DNA of 44,485 nt, from the NCBI GenBank assembly GCA_041667145.1, contig JBAYFP010000005.1, positions 1 to 44,485 on the forward strand, written 5' to 3'. The DNA comes from Minisyncoccota bacterium (GTDB lineage: Bacteria > Patescibacteriota > Minisyncoccia > Phycocordibacterales > UBA9973). Below the pieces are notes generated by a model. That model saw only the letters and a list, made by a program, of their open reading frames with translations, searched no databases and was not told where the DNA came from. This document shows, piece by piece, positions 9,199 to 16,306 of this stretch (position 1 is the stretch's first letter; each line of letters opens with the position of its first letter). The position numbers and the translations under genes are program-made.

Positions 9199-10356
9199 AT
9201 GTTAAAAATGAAGCACAATAGAAAAATAATCTACTTAGCTGGTTTTTTATTTTCTATTCCTGTAGCTCTCACATCCTACATAAACTCAAGTTTTTTAGAA
9301 GCTTATATCAGTGAATATTATGTGGGTATTATTTATATAATAGCCTCTATTTTAACTATCTGGGGACTATTAAAAATGCCTAAAATTTTGACTAAATTAG
9401 GCAACCGTTTAACTATCTTGTTTTTTTGTCTATTAATTTTTCTATCCTTTATATTACTTGCCCTAGGAAATAGTATCTACCTCGTGATCCCTGCTTTCAT
9501 CCTTTACTTTATATCAATCAATTTTGTCATCGCTTCATTAGATATTTTTATTGAAGATTTTTCAAAAAACTCAAGAATTGGAACCTTGAGAGGATTTTAT
9601 CTTATGATAATAAGTCTTGCTTGGATTGTGGCCCAATTAATTTCCGGATCAATAATTAATAAAAGTTCTTTCACCGGTATCTATCTTTTTGGAGCGGGAT
9701 TTATGATTTTAGTATCACTTATTTTTATTTTATTCCTTCATGACTTTAAAGACCCAGAATATAAAAGGGTTCCTATTTTAAAAACTATCAAATCTTTTAT
9801 AAAAAATAAAAATATTTCTAAAATATATTTGAGCCACCTAATTTTACAATTCTTTTATGCATGGATGATAATTTATACACCAATATATCTACATGAATAC
9901 ATGGGTTTTGGTTGGGACAAAATAGGAATTATCTTTTCAATAATGCTTATTCCTTTTGTATTGTTAGACTTTCCATTGGGCAAGCTTTCAGATAAAATTG
10001 GTGAAAAAAAAATGCTTATCATCGGATTTTTAATTCTTTCGTTGTCTGTATTAACCATTCCATTAATCACAAAACCCATACTTTGGATATGGGCCTCTGC
10101 CCTATTTATTACACGTATTGGAGCAGCTATGATAGAAACTATGAATGAAAGTTATTTTTTTAAGGAAATAACTGAAAAGAATGCTGATGAAATCAGTTTC
10201 TTCCGTAACGCTCCTTCTATCTCCTATGTTATTGCCCCACTTATTGCTATACCTGTTCTACTACTTGTTCCCTCTTTTGAATATCTTTTCTTTGTTTTAG
10301 GCGCGATACTACTCATCGGATTTTTCATCACTTTGAGACTTCAAGACGTGAGATAA
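9199..10356 (+). CDS. MFS-type transporter
   Basis: 385 aa, about 12 predicted TM helices, with a DFPLGKLSDKIGEKK-type loop motif between the halves. Confidence 0.65.
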   Translation: MLKMKHNRKIIYLAGFLFSIPVALTSYINSSFLEAYISEYYVGIIYIIASILTIWGLLKMPKILTKLGNRLTILFFCLLIFLSFILLALGNSIYLVIPAFILYFISINFVIASLDIFIEDFSKNSRIGTLRGFYLMIISLAWIVAQLISGSIINKSSFTGIYLFGAGFMILVSLIFILFLHDFKDPEYKRVPILKTIKSFIKNKNISKIYLSHLILQFFYAWMIIYTPIYLHEYMGFGWDKIGIIFSIMLIPFVLLDFPLGKLSDKIGEKKMLIIGFLILSLSVLTIPLITKPILWIWASALFITRIGAAMIETMNESYFFKEITEKNADEISFFRNAPSISYVIAPLIAIPVLLLVPSFEYLFFVLGAILLIGFFITLRLQDVR

Positions 10357-10368
10357 AAACAATAAAAA

Positions 10369-11682
10369 TTAATTATCTTTAGCAGCTTCGAGAGTCACTT
10401 GAACAGTTTTTTCTGTCCCTTTATGAAGAATTTTTAAAGTAATAACATCGCCAATATTTTTCTGCCTAATAACTGAGGCTAGAGTAGTTTTATCATCTAA
10501 TTTCACACGATCAATTTCAAGAATAATATCATTTTCTACTATCCCTGCTTTATCTGCAGGACTTCCAGGTATCACAGCAAGTTCACTAGCGTTCTGCCCT
10601 GCTTTGACGAGTACCCCATAATCAACAGTCAAATTATTCTTATCTTTCATATCAGAAGTTATTGGAACATACCTTACACCCAAATACGGCCGTACAATCT
10701 TCCCAGTACTTTTTACAGATTCAATAGCACCCTTTACACTATTTATAGGAAGTGCAAAACCAACACTCTGAGATCCTTGTGCCATTGCCACATTCACACC
10801 TACTACCCGTCCAGATAAATCAAGTAGAGGCCCACCAGAGTTTCCAGGGTTAATAGCAGCGTCTGTCTGGATAACATGATCTAGCACTTCAGTATTACCC
10901 GAGGCATCTCCTGCTGTCACAGAACGAGCAAGTCCAGAAATGACACCAACAGAAACAGTATTTCTATATTCACCGAGAGCATTACCAATAGCAATGACAC
11001 TCTGTCCCACTTGTAAAGAATCAGAATTACCTAATGAAAGATAAGGAAAACCAGTTCCTGTGACTCTTATAAGAGCAATATCAAGCACTGGGTCACGAGC
11101 CACAACAGTAGCAGTATGTTTCTTACCATCATTCGTAAAAACGGTATACTCGACGTCTTTTTGATCAACCACATGTTTATTTGTAACGATTAAACCATCA
11201 CTTGATACAAAAAATCCTGAGCCACCACCAATGTCTTTTTTCTCTGTACCATTTTGTCGATACTGAGGAATATTAAAGAAAAAATTAGGAAATAAACCAC
11301 CAAATGGATCTTGTTGCTGATTTGGATCAGTATAAAGTTCGTATTTAGGAACATTTTTACTAATAATAATGGAAACAACAGCTGGATTGGTTTTCTTTAC
11401 TGCGTCTACAACAAATGATTCTTGTGAAAAAATAGATTGTTTTTCAATAATTTTCCCAGCGGTAGAATTTCCATTATTTCCCAAAGCATTATTAGGATCT
11501 TGAATTTCTTGTAAGTATTCTTTAGCAAAATAATCAAAAACATTCGCACGATAATGCCAGATTATTCCCAGCCCAATAGCTAAAATAATTACTAAAGAAA
11601 TAAAACTGACAAGCAATATATAAATAAAGTTTTTATTCAAAAATATTCTTTTTATGTTTTTTATTATATCTAACTGTTGCAT
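10369..11682 (-). CDS. htrA: HtrA/DegP-family serine protease with C-terminal PDZ domain
   Basis: N-terminal TM anchor, trypsin-like core with TNKHV, DIALIR and GNSGGPL, and a PDZ-like C-terminus. Confidence 0.9.
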   Translation of the reverse strand: MQQLDIIKNIKRIFLNKNFIYILLVSFISLVIILAIGLGIIWHYRANVFDYFAKEYLQEIQDPNNALGNNGNSTAGKIIEKQSIFSQESFVVDAVKKTNPAVVSIIISKNVPKYELYTDPNQQQDPFGGLFPNFFFNIPQYRQNGTEKKDIGGGSGFFVSSDGLIVTNKHVVDQKDVEYTVFTNDGKKHTATVVARDPVLDIALIRVTGTGFPYLSLGNSDSLQVGQSVIAIGNALGEYRNTVSVGVISGLARSVTAGDASGNTEVLDHVIQTDAAINPGNSGGPLLDLSGRVVGVNVAMAQGSQSVGFALPINSVKGAIESVKSTGKIVRPYLGVRYVPITSDMKDKNNLTVDYGVLVKAGQNASELAVIPGSPADKAGIVENDIILEIDRVKLDDKTTLASVIRQKNIGDVITLKILHKGTEKTVQVTLEAAKDN

Positions 11683-11720
11683 ATTATTTTTTAATAATTA
11701 CTAATAATATAAAATTATAT

Positions 11721-11755
11721 CCTGTAGTGAAATTTTTGCAAAATTCTACTACGGG
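11721..11755. repeat. palindromic element, short form, copy B
   Basis: CCTGTAGTGAAATTTTTGCAAAATTCTACTACGGG lies between two minus-strand genes. It nearly matches copy D (35232-35270). Confidence 0.7.
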
Positions 11756-11762
11756 ATTATAT

Positions 11763-12188
11763 TTATCTATTTTTATTTAGCAAGTGATTTTTGTAAATTT
11801 TTTCTTTATAAGGTTTTAAGCGTATTATTTTTATCAAAATACCCTTATTTTTTAAATCCTTTCTAAGATTCTTGACATAAGCTTTTTGGTCATATCCCAA
11901 CGCGATAATATGAGGAGCCTCTTTTAATATATGAGACAAATATTTCTTTTTCCCAGCCAATACTACTTTATCCACCAAACTACATTTTTCTACTAATCTC
12001 CTTCTTTCTTCATCTCTTAATCTTGGCTTCTCTCCTTTTATTCTAAATACATTTTCATCTCTTGCTATTGAAACAATTAAAAATGAATTCTTCATGAAGC
12101 TTTTGGCCTGTTTAAAAAAATTAAGATGCCCTTTATGTAATCCATCAAATGTCCCAAAAACCATTACTCTCATTTTTTTAGCTCTCAT
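11763..12188 (-). CDS. cytidylyltransferase-fold nucleotidyltransferase (FMN adenylyltransferase / RibF N-terminal-like)
   Basis: GTFDGLHKGH motif near the N-terminus; 141 aa. Confidence 0.6.
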   Translation of the reverse strand: MRAKKMRVMVFGTFDGLHKGHLNFFKQAKSFMKNSFLIVSIARDENVFRIKGEKPRLRDEERRRLVEKCSLVDKVVLAGKKKYLSHILKEAPHIIALGYDQKAYVKNLRKDLKNKGILIKIIRLKPYKEKIYKNHLLNKNR

Positions 12189-12227
12189 AATCTTATTATA
12201 TCAGTTTCTTGTTATCCACAACAAAAA

Positions 12228-12255
12228 TTGACAGACAAATATAAAAGCATAAAAT
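12228..12255 (+). promoter_or_regulatory. strong sigma70-type promoter for the riboswitch-led operon
   Basis: TTGACA-N16-TAAAAT. A perfect DnaA-box 9-mer TTATCCACA lies just upstream at 12212-12220. Confidence 0.55.
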
Positions 12256-12285
12256 AAAAGAGTTCATTTAAAAAATCAAAAAAAT

Positions 12286-12487
12286 GCTTGGGGAAACTGG
12301 TGACCTGCTCGAAATGCTGCACATGCTGCAGGCGGGGATTCCAGTACAGTGCCGCTACGGTAAGTCCCAGACACCGATAGGTGTAGGGAACAAGTCCGAT
12401 TACCAATCATTTTATTAGTCCCGAGCAGGATATACCTTCTTATTTTTGAAGGCCCCAAATTCTGCTCACATAGCAGGATTTTTTTGT
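12286..12487 (+). promoter_or_regulatory. cobalamin (B12) riboswitch-like leader with a possible terminator/antiterminator platform
   Basis: Matches to the cobalamin riboswitch consensus, recalled from memory:
- GGGGAAACTGGTGA (12290-12303)
- ACTGG/CCAGT helix (12296-12300 / 12341-12345) enclosing an inserted CCTGC...GCAGG hairpin
- GCCGCTACGGTAAG (12351-12364; consensus CCCGCCACUGU)
- ACACC-GATA-GGTGT-AGGGAA (12371-12390)
- B12-box-like AGTCCCGAGCAGGA (12417-12430)

GAGCAG (12423-12428) can pair alternatively with CTGCTC (12462-12467). That competes with the CTGCT/AGCAG hairpin followed by T7 (12462-12485). Confidence 0.7.
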
Positions 12488-12499
12488 GCTCAATTTATT

Positions 12500-12916
12500 A
12501 TGAATAAAAAAGAAAAAATAAAAATAGGAGTAATTATAATTTTCTCAATTCTTTTAGGGACATTTTCATTAAAATTTTTTCAAACACGAAACTCCATACT
12601 CCCTCCTTTTCCCTCTCCTTATGTAGGAAAAGATAAAATAGGCATAAAAGAAATTGATACAGTTTTTACTGATGATATCCTCGGGCAAATAACTGTCTAT
12701 GACTTTATGAACAAACTTCAAAAAGAAGGAAAAATAAATTTCAAAGATAAAGAATACACTGGCATGGGAAAATTCATAGAAGAAATAAACGGAATAAAAA
12801 ACAGTGATAAATATTGGATTTATTATGTGAATGGTAAAAAAGCAGAAATAGGGATCTCAAATTATAAAATTAACTATGGAGATATAGTCTCATGGAAATA
12901 TGAATCCCAGTACTAG
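12500..12916 (+). CDS. membrane-anchored DUF4430 (transcobalamin C-terminal beta-domain-like) protein
   Basis: N-terminal TM helix, then GKFIEEINGIKNSDKYWIYYVNGKKAEIGISNYKINYGDIVSWKY, typical of DUF4430. The start is placed at the ATG at 12500 because 12446-12499 overlaps the leader hairpins. Confidence 0.7.
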   Translation: MNKKEKIKIGVIIIFSILLGTFSLKFFQTRNSILPPFPSPYVGKDKIGIKEIDTVFTDDILGQITVYDFMNKLQKEGKINFKDKEYTGMGKFIEEINGIKNSDKYWIYYVNGKKAEIGISNYKINYGDIVSWKYESQY

Positions 12917-12935
12917 AGCAAAGCTCAGTACGGGA
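12905..12935. repeat. palindromic element, variant form, copy F (overlaps the stop codon of the DUF4430 gene)
   Basis: TCCCAGTACTAGAGC-AA-GCTCAGTACGGGA. Related to copy E (38295-38346), with GTACT in place of GTAGT. Confidence 0.55.
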
Positions 12936-12946
12936 CAAAAAAAATT

Positions 12947-14611
12947 ATGAAAAACATAAAAAAAATTTTATACTTGTCATTTATTTTAATATCCCTTCCA
13001 TTTCACATTTTTGCTGAAGATATAACACCAGAAGTAATACCACCAACATCTATAAATATTCATCTGACTATAAGTACTAACACGAGCTCAATATACGATA
13101 AAAATATAGATGTCGAAGCTTGTAATAGCGATAATGCAAGTACAACAGAATTAAAAGTCACAGCCTATTGTGCGATCTTGCAGTCAGGAATTCAAAATGA
13201 CTGGAATTGGAGCTGGCCTCCAGGTGCCTTTTTAAATTCTCTTAATGATATATCCGGCTACACGAGTAAAGACAAAGACGATAAAGATGTCTATCATTAT
13301 TGGAGCTGGTCATTGAATTCTACTGAAGGTACAGTCGGATTAAACCAATATGAATTAAAACCTAATGACTTAATTTCTTTAAAATTCATTGACCCTATCG
13401 AACCAGACCCGGTCATACCCCCTCCTCTCCCAGAACCAGAGCCAACACCTGAACCAACACCTGAACCAATAGTGATTCATAGAGGAGGTGGTAGACCAAC
13501 ATTTTCTGCCCCTACTCCCCCTCCGGAAAAAATAAAATTCGATCTCAAAAAAGCTACTGATTTCATATTTTCACAACAAAAAGAAGATGGATCTTTCGGT
13601 GAAAATTTATACACTGATTGGGCATCTTTAGCTATTGCATCAGATATTTCATACCCTGAACAGAAAATAAAATTAACTAAATACCTTTCAGAAAATAATT
13701 TACCAGACAGTTCTCTAATTACTGATTACGAAAGACATTCAATGTCACTAATGGCACTGGGTATTAATCCATATAATGTAAACAATGAAAATTACATTAA
13801 AAAAATATTAGATAGTTATGATGGAAAACAATTTGGTAATGTTGAAGAAGATAATGATGACATCTTTGCTTTAATCGTTCTCCAAAATGCTGGATATACA
13901 AAAGAAGACAATATAATAAAAGATACTGTCACTTATATAATATCCAAACAAAAAGAAAATGGGTCTTGGAATGATAACGTAGATATGACAGGTGCTGTCA
14001 TACAGACTTTAGCTTTTTTTAATAATGAAAAAGATCCCCTCCCAACCTCCCCCTTAGCAGGGGGAGGAGAAATCTCAAATGCTTTAATAAAAGCAAAAGA
14101 ATTCTTAAAACAAAATCAAAAAGATGATGGAGGATTTGGTAATGTCTCTTCTACTGCTTGGGCGATAGGAGGCATCACCGCGTTATCAGAAAAGCCTGAA
14201 GATTGGACTAAAAATAACAATACACCACTTGATTATTTAGGGGCAAAACAAGATACTGATGGAGGAATAAAAAATACTGATTTACAAAGTAAAATCTGGG
14301 AAACTAGTTATGTCATCGCGGCACTCTCTCAAAAAACCTGGAATCAAATAATGCAAAAATTCGAAAAACCAGAAGAAATTCTTCCTTCTACATCCAATTC
14401 AATTTCCCCTTCACCAGGTGAAGGGGAAAAACCAATCATTACAAAAAATACTATCAAAAAACCCTCAAAAACAACAAAAACACAAACTCTGCAGGATCTA
14501 GCATCACAAAATACTGCCACAGTGATTAACTCTTTAGAAGAAAACAATTTACAATCAACAAAAAAAAGCTGGTTTAGAAATTTACTAGATAAAATTTTTA
14601 GTTTTTTCTAA
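12947..14611 (+). CDS. secreted protein: DUF4430-like domain + Pro-rich linker + prenyltransferase/terpene-cyclase-like alpha/alpha-toroid repeats
   Basis: Signal peptide. The N-terminal domain ends YHYWSWSLNSTEGTVGLNQYELKPNDLISLKF (DUF4430-like). A PPPLPEPEPTPEPTPEP linker follows. Four repeats are of the Q-x2-DG-[SG]-[FW]-G type (SQQKEDGSFG, SKQKENGSWN, QNQKDDGGFG, AKQDTDGGI). Confidence 0.65.
   Translation: MKNIKKILYLSFILISLPFHIFAEDITPEVIPPTSINIHLTISTNTSSIYDKNIDVEACNSDNASTTELKVTAYCAILQSGIQNDWNWSWPPGAFLNSLNDISGYTSKDKDDKDVYHYWSWSLNSTEGTVGLNQYELKPNDLISLKFIDPIEPDPVIPPPLPEPEPTPEPTPEPIVIHRGGGRPTFSAPTPPPEKIKFDLKKATDFIFSQQKEDGSFGENLYTDWASLAIASDISYPEQKIKLTKYLSENNLPDSSLITDYERHSMSLMALGINPYNVNNENYIKKILDSYDGKQFGNVEEDNDDIFALIVLQNAGYTKEDNIIKDTVTYIISKQKENGSWNDNVDMTGAVIQTLAFFNNEKDPLPTSPLAGGGEISNALIKAKEFLKQNQKDDGGFGNVSSTAWAIGGITALSEKPEDWTKNNNTPLDYLGAKQDTDGGIKNTDLQSKIWETSYVIAALSQKTWNQIMQKFEKPEEILPSTSNSISPSPGEGEKPIITKNTIKKPSKTTKTQTLQDLASQNTATVINSLEENNLQSTKKSWFRNLLDKIFSFF
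14046..14067. repeat. GC-rich hairpin embedded in frame in the CDS
   Basis: CCTCCCCC-TTAGCA-GGGGGAGG, encoding ...SPLAGGGE.... Confidence 0.8.
14403..14429. repeat. 27-bp perfect palindrome embedded in frame in the CDS
   Basis: TTTCCCCTTCACC-A-GGTGAAGGGGAAA, encoding ...ISPSPGEGEKP.... Confidence 0.85.
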
Positions 14612-14696
14612 TAAAAAAGTAAATCGTAAAGCTTTTCGCCTGCGGGCACTGGCTTCGTTTTGTCCGCCAGAAAAGATTTATGATTTACTTTTTTTA
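14611..14696. terminator. 27-bp AT-rich inverted repeat clamping a GC-rich core between convergent genes (probable bidirectional terminator)
   Basis: ATAAAAAAGTAAATCGTAAAGCTTTTC (14611-14637) versus GAAAAGATTTATGATTTACTTTTTTAT (14670-14696): 25 of 27 positions complementary. The core is cgcctgcgggcactggcttcgttttgtccgccag. The right arm overlaps the last codons of the minus-strand gene. Confidence 0.55.
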
Positions 14697-15295
14697 TATT
14701 CAACAATCTTTCCAGCTTTTATCTCTACCTTATCTGCTTTTCTAAGATTTTTTAAAACATTTTTTGGTGCGATATCATAATGTTTTATTTTATCTAGCTC
14801 TTCATCTATCCCCCATAGGTCATCCTCCTCCCTTTCCCATCCTTTTTCAAAAACATTTAAATTTAATGGTTCAGAATATTTTCTTAATGTTTTTACACCA
14901 TTATCTAAAAAATATTCATGGAAATACGACATCACAAGCTCACGGATGCTTTTATAAACTGGTTCACGATATCGCAATACTGCATGGTTAGTCTTTGATA
15001 ACGCCCCCCAAAGACCATTTATTTTAAATGGCGCAATAACATGATCAAAATCATCTTTTGTCGCCAGTAAATGTAAAACAAGTGGAGGAAAACCATGCAA
15101 AGAAAGTATATACGCTCCTAAAATAGCTCCTTCTATACAATGGGCATTTTTGATTCTCAAAACCATAACTGGAGATTTTAGTGTCTCCCCTCCCTTTTCA
15201 AAATTAAACTCCAAATTATTCAAAAAATCCTGCACTTTTGCTGGTGTATTTAATTTTTTTAATAATTCTTTTTCTTTTTTTGTAAACACTAGCAT
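14678..15295 (-). CDS. conserved hypothetical protein, possibly transglutaminase-like cysteine-peptidase fold
   Basis: 205 aa. The spacing of KNAHCIEGAILGAY ... DHVIAPF ... resembles the Cys-His-Asp arrangement of transglutaminase-like proteins. The functional call is weak. Confidence 0.4.
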   Translation of the reverse strand: MLVFTKKEKELLKKLNTPAKVQDFLNNLEFNFEKGGETLKSPVMVLRIKNAHCIEGAILGAYILSLHGFPPLVLHLLATKDDFDHVIAPFKINGLWGALSKTNHAVLRYREPVYKSIRELVMSYFHEYFLDNGVKTLRKYSEPLNLNVFEKGWEREEDDLWGIDEELDKIKHYDIAPKNVLKNLRKADKVEIKAGKIVEYKKSKS

Positions 15296-15309
15296 TTATT
15301 AATTCTAAC

Positions 15310-15338
15310 ATAAAAAGGGTGCCTCATAGAGAGACACC
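15310..15338 (-). terminator. intrinsic terminator of the small foreign-codon gene
   Basis: Minus-strand RNA would fold as GGUGUCUC-ucuau-GAGGCACC (8 bp including one G-U) followed by CUUUUUAU. Confidence 0.6.
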
Positions 15339-15411
15339 ACTTTTTTTAAAAAAAATAACAAATAAACAAATACATGTGCAACCTTGGATGCGCCGACGTC
15401 AGCCGGCGTTG

Positions 15412-15561
15412 TTATCCGTTAATTACCATGTATTGGAAGCCTGCACTTTGATCGTAGGTGACGACATCGTTGCTGGCAGAATTCGTGATGACGGTGTTGC
15501 GGCGGCGGCGATCGGTTTTGGCCATGGTATTATTGCGCGAGTAGCTGGTTCGATTTTTCAT
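15412..15561 (-). CDS. 49-aa basic small protein with foreign (C-ending) codon usage
   Basis: MKNRTSYSRNNTMAKTDRRRRNTVITNSASNDVVTYDQSAGFQYMVING. Third codon positions are overwhelmingly C (CGC x5, ACC x5, GTC x3, AAC x3, TAC x3, AGC x2, GCC x2), unlike the A/T-ending host genes. It has its own candidate promoter, a ~110-nt leader and a terminator. I recognise no homology. Confidence 0.5.
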   Translation of the reverse strand: MKNRTSYSRNNTMAKTDRRRRNTVITNSASNDVVTYDQSAGFQYMVING

Positions 15562-15678
15562 ATATGTATCACCCTTTCGGAAAATAAATGTATTTGACAC
15601 TGTGAGTAAAAACAACGACGGACGCTCAAAGAGAGCAATCCTTAAAAAAATCAATGAACGAAGTTGAATCCATCTACA

Positions 15679-15707
15679 ATTATATTCCCAAACCTTCTAA
15701 GTATAAA
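15679..15707 (-). promoter_or_regulatory. candidate promoter of the small foreign-codon gene
   Basis: Minus strand reads TTTATA-N17-TATAAT. A perfect DnaA-box 9-mer (TTATCCACA on the minus strand, plus-strand coordinates 15715-15723) lies 7 nt upstream of the -35. Confidence 0.4.
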
Positions 15708-15738
15708 TAGCACCTGTGGATAACTCACATAAACGGCT

Positions 15739-15791
15739 ACAGACGTTGGACGTCTGGGAATGTGGATAACTCCCAGACGTCCAACGTCTGT
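15739..15791. repeat. 53-bp GC-rich palindrome (21-bp arms) with a DnaA-box 9-mer in its loop
   Basis: ACAGACGTTGGACGTCTGGGA-atgtggataac-TCCCAGACGTCCAACGTCTGT. The loop contains TGTGGATAA (15761-15769). The arm core is identical to the rnj palindrome at 7330-7350. Confidence 0.9.
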
Positions 15792-15808
15792 AAATATTAA
15801 ATTAAATC

Positions 15809-16063
15809 CTATTTATGAAGTTTATTCCAAACAGCAGCGAAAATGTAACCAAAAATATAACCCACTATAAAGGTAAAAATTATCAACCCTATAGTGCGTA
15901 CCAAATCAAAAGACATTACGAAAAATGGATTATTAAGAGAATGAAGATCATAAACAAAGTCCAACAGATATTGCGCTAAACCAAAAGCTATCAAAAGCCC
16001 CCATACTAAATGGAACAAGCCCATAATAGAACCAAAAACCAAACCGATTTTATTTTTATTCAT
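15809..16063 (-). CDS. small integral membrane protein (3 TM), function unknown
   Basis: 84-aa hydrophobic ORF with clean boundaries. Confidence 0.55.
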   Translation of the reverse strand: MNKNKIGLVFGSIMGLFHLVWGLLIAFGLAQYLLDFVYDLHSLNNPFFVMSFDLVRTIGLIIFTFIVGYIFGYIFAAVWNKLHK

Positions 16064-16099
16064 AAATAATAATAAATATTAAAACTAATAACTCGACCT

Positions 16100-16306
16100 T
16101 TAAATACCCAAACCACCTAGAGTACTCGTATAATTACTTAAAAATGAAGGCATAACAAATATTAGACCAATAAGTGGCAATACGACAGCGATAACTGTAA
16201 TCCAAATAATCATCAAAAAATATTTCCTTGTTTTTTCTACAGATTTATAAATAGCATCTATTTTTAATCCTTGTTCTTCTAACTTTTTATTTAATTCTGG
16301 ATCCAT
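16100..16306 (-). CDS. small membrane protein (1 TM), function unknown
   Basis: 68-aa ORF. Its ATG directly abuts copy 1 of the 78-bp cassette. Confidence 0.5.
   Translation of the reverse strand: MDPELNKKLEEQGLKIDAIYKSVEKTRKYFLMIIWITVIAVVLPLIGLIFVMPSFLSNYTSTLGGLGI

Noticed and set aside
12290-12445. SRP RNA (Alu-domain-like) on the minus strand. The reverse complement contains GTAGCGGCACTGTACTGGAATCCCCGC, which resembles the Bacillus-type SRP Alu segment GUAGCGGUGCCCUGUACCUGCAAUCCGC as I remember it.
   Set aside because: There is no S-domain (GGAA tetraloop / AGCA motif) and no room for one. The plus strand has a strong promoter, a B12-box-like block, GGGAA...GGTGA, and downstream DUF4430 genes, all of which fit a cobalamin riboswitch. 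A covariance-model search on both strands should settle it.
12212-12458. Two minus-strand ORFs (64 and 60 aa) in the gap between the nucleotidyltransferase and DUF4430 genes.
   Set aside because: They lie on the structured riboswitch-like leader. Their openness is explained by the local GC-rich RNA sequence.
13390-13470. Short tandem DNA repeat (ccagaaccagagccaacacctgaaccaacacctgaacc) as a mobile or variable repeat.
   Set aside because: It encodes a PEPEPTPEPTPEP interdomain linker. It is ordinary low-complexity coding sequence, although it could vary in length between strains.
15319-15597. 92-aa plus-strand ORF, and the 5' extension of the minus-strand ORF to 15654.
   Set aside because: The C-rich third-position periodicity is found only in the minus frame from the ATG at 15561. 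The plus ORF is the antisense shadow, and the 31-codon extension is AT-rich leader sequence.
15700-15800. Replication origin (oriC), suggested by two perfect DnaA boxes within 55 bp.
   Set aside because: There are only two boxes, both inside a repeated 12-mer, and no dnaA/dnaN or other origin-linked genes in the window. No distinct cluster of further boxes is present, and I cannot compute GC skew here. Promoter-proximal DnaA regulation or a coincidental repeat is at least as likely.
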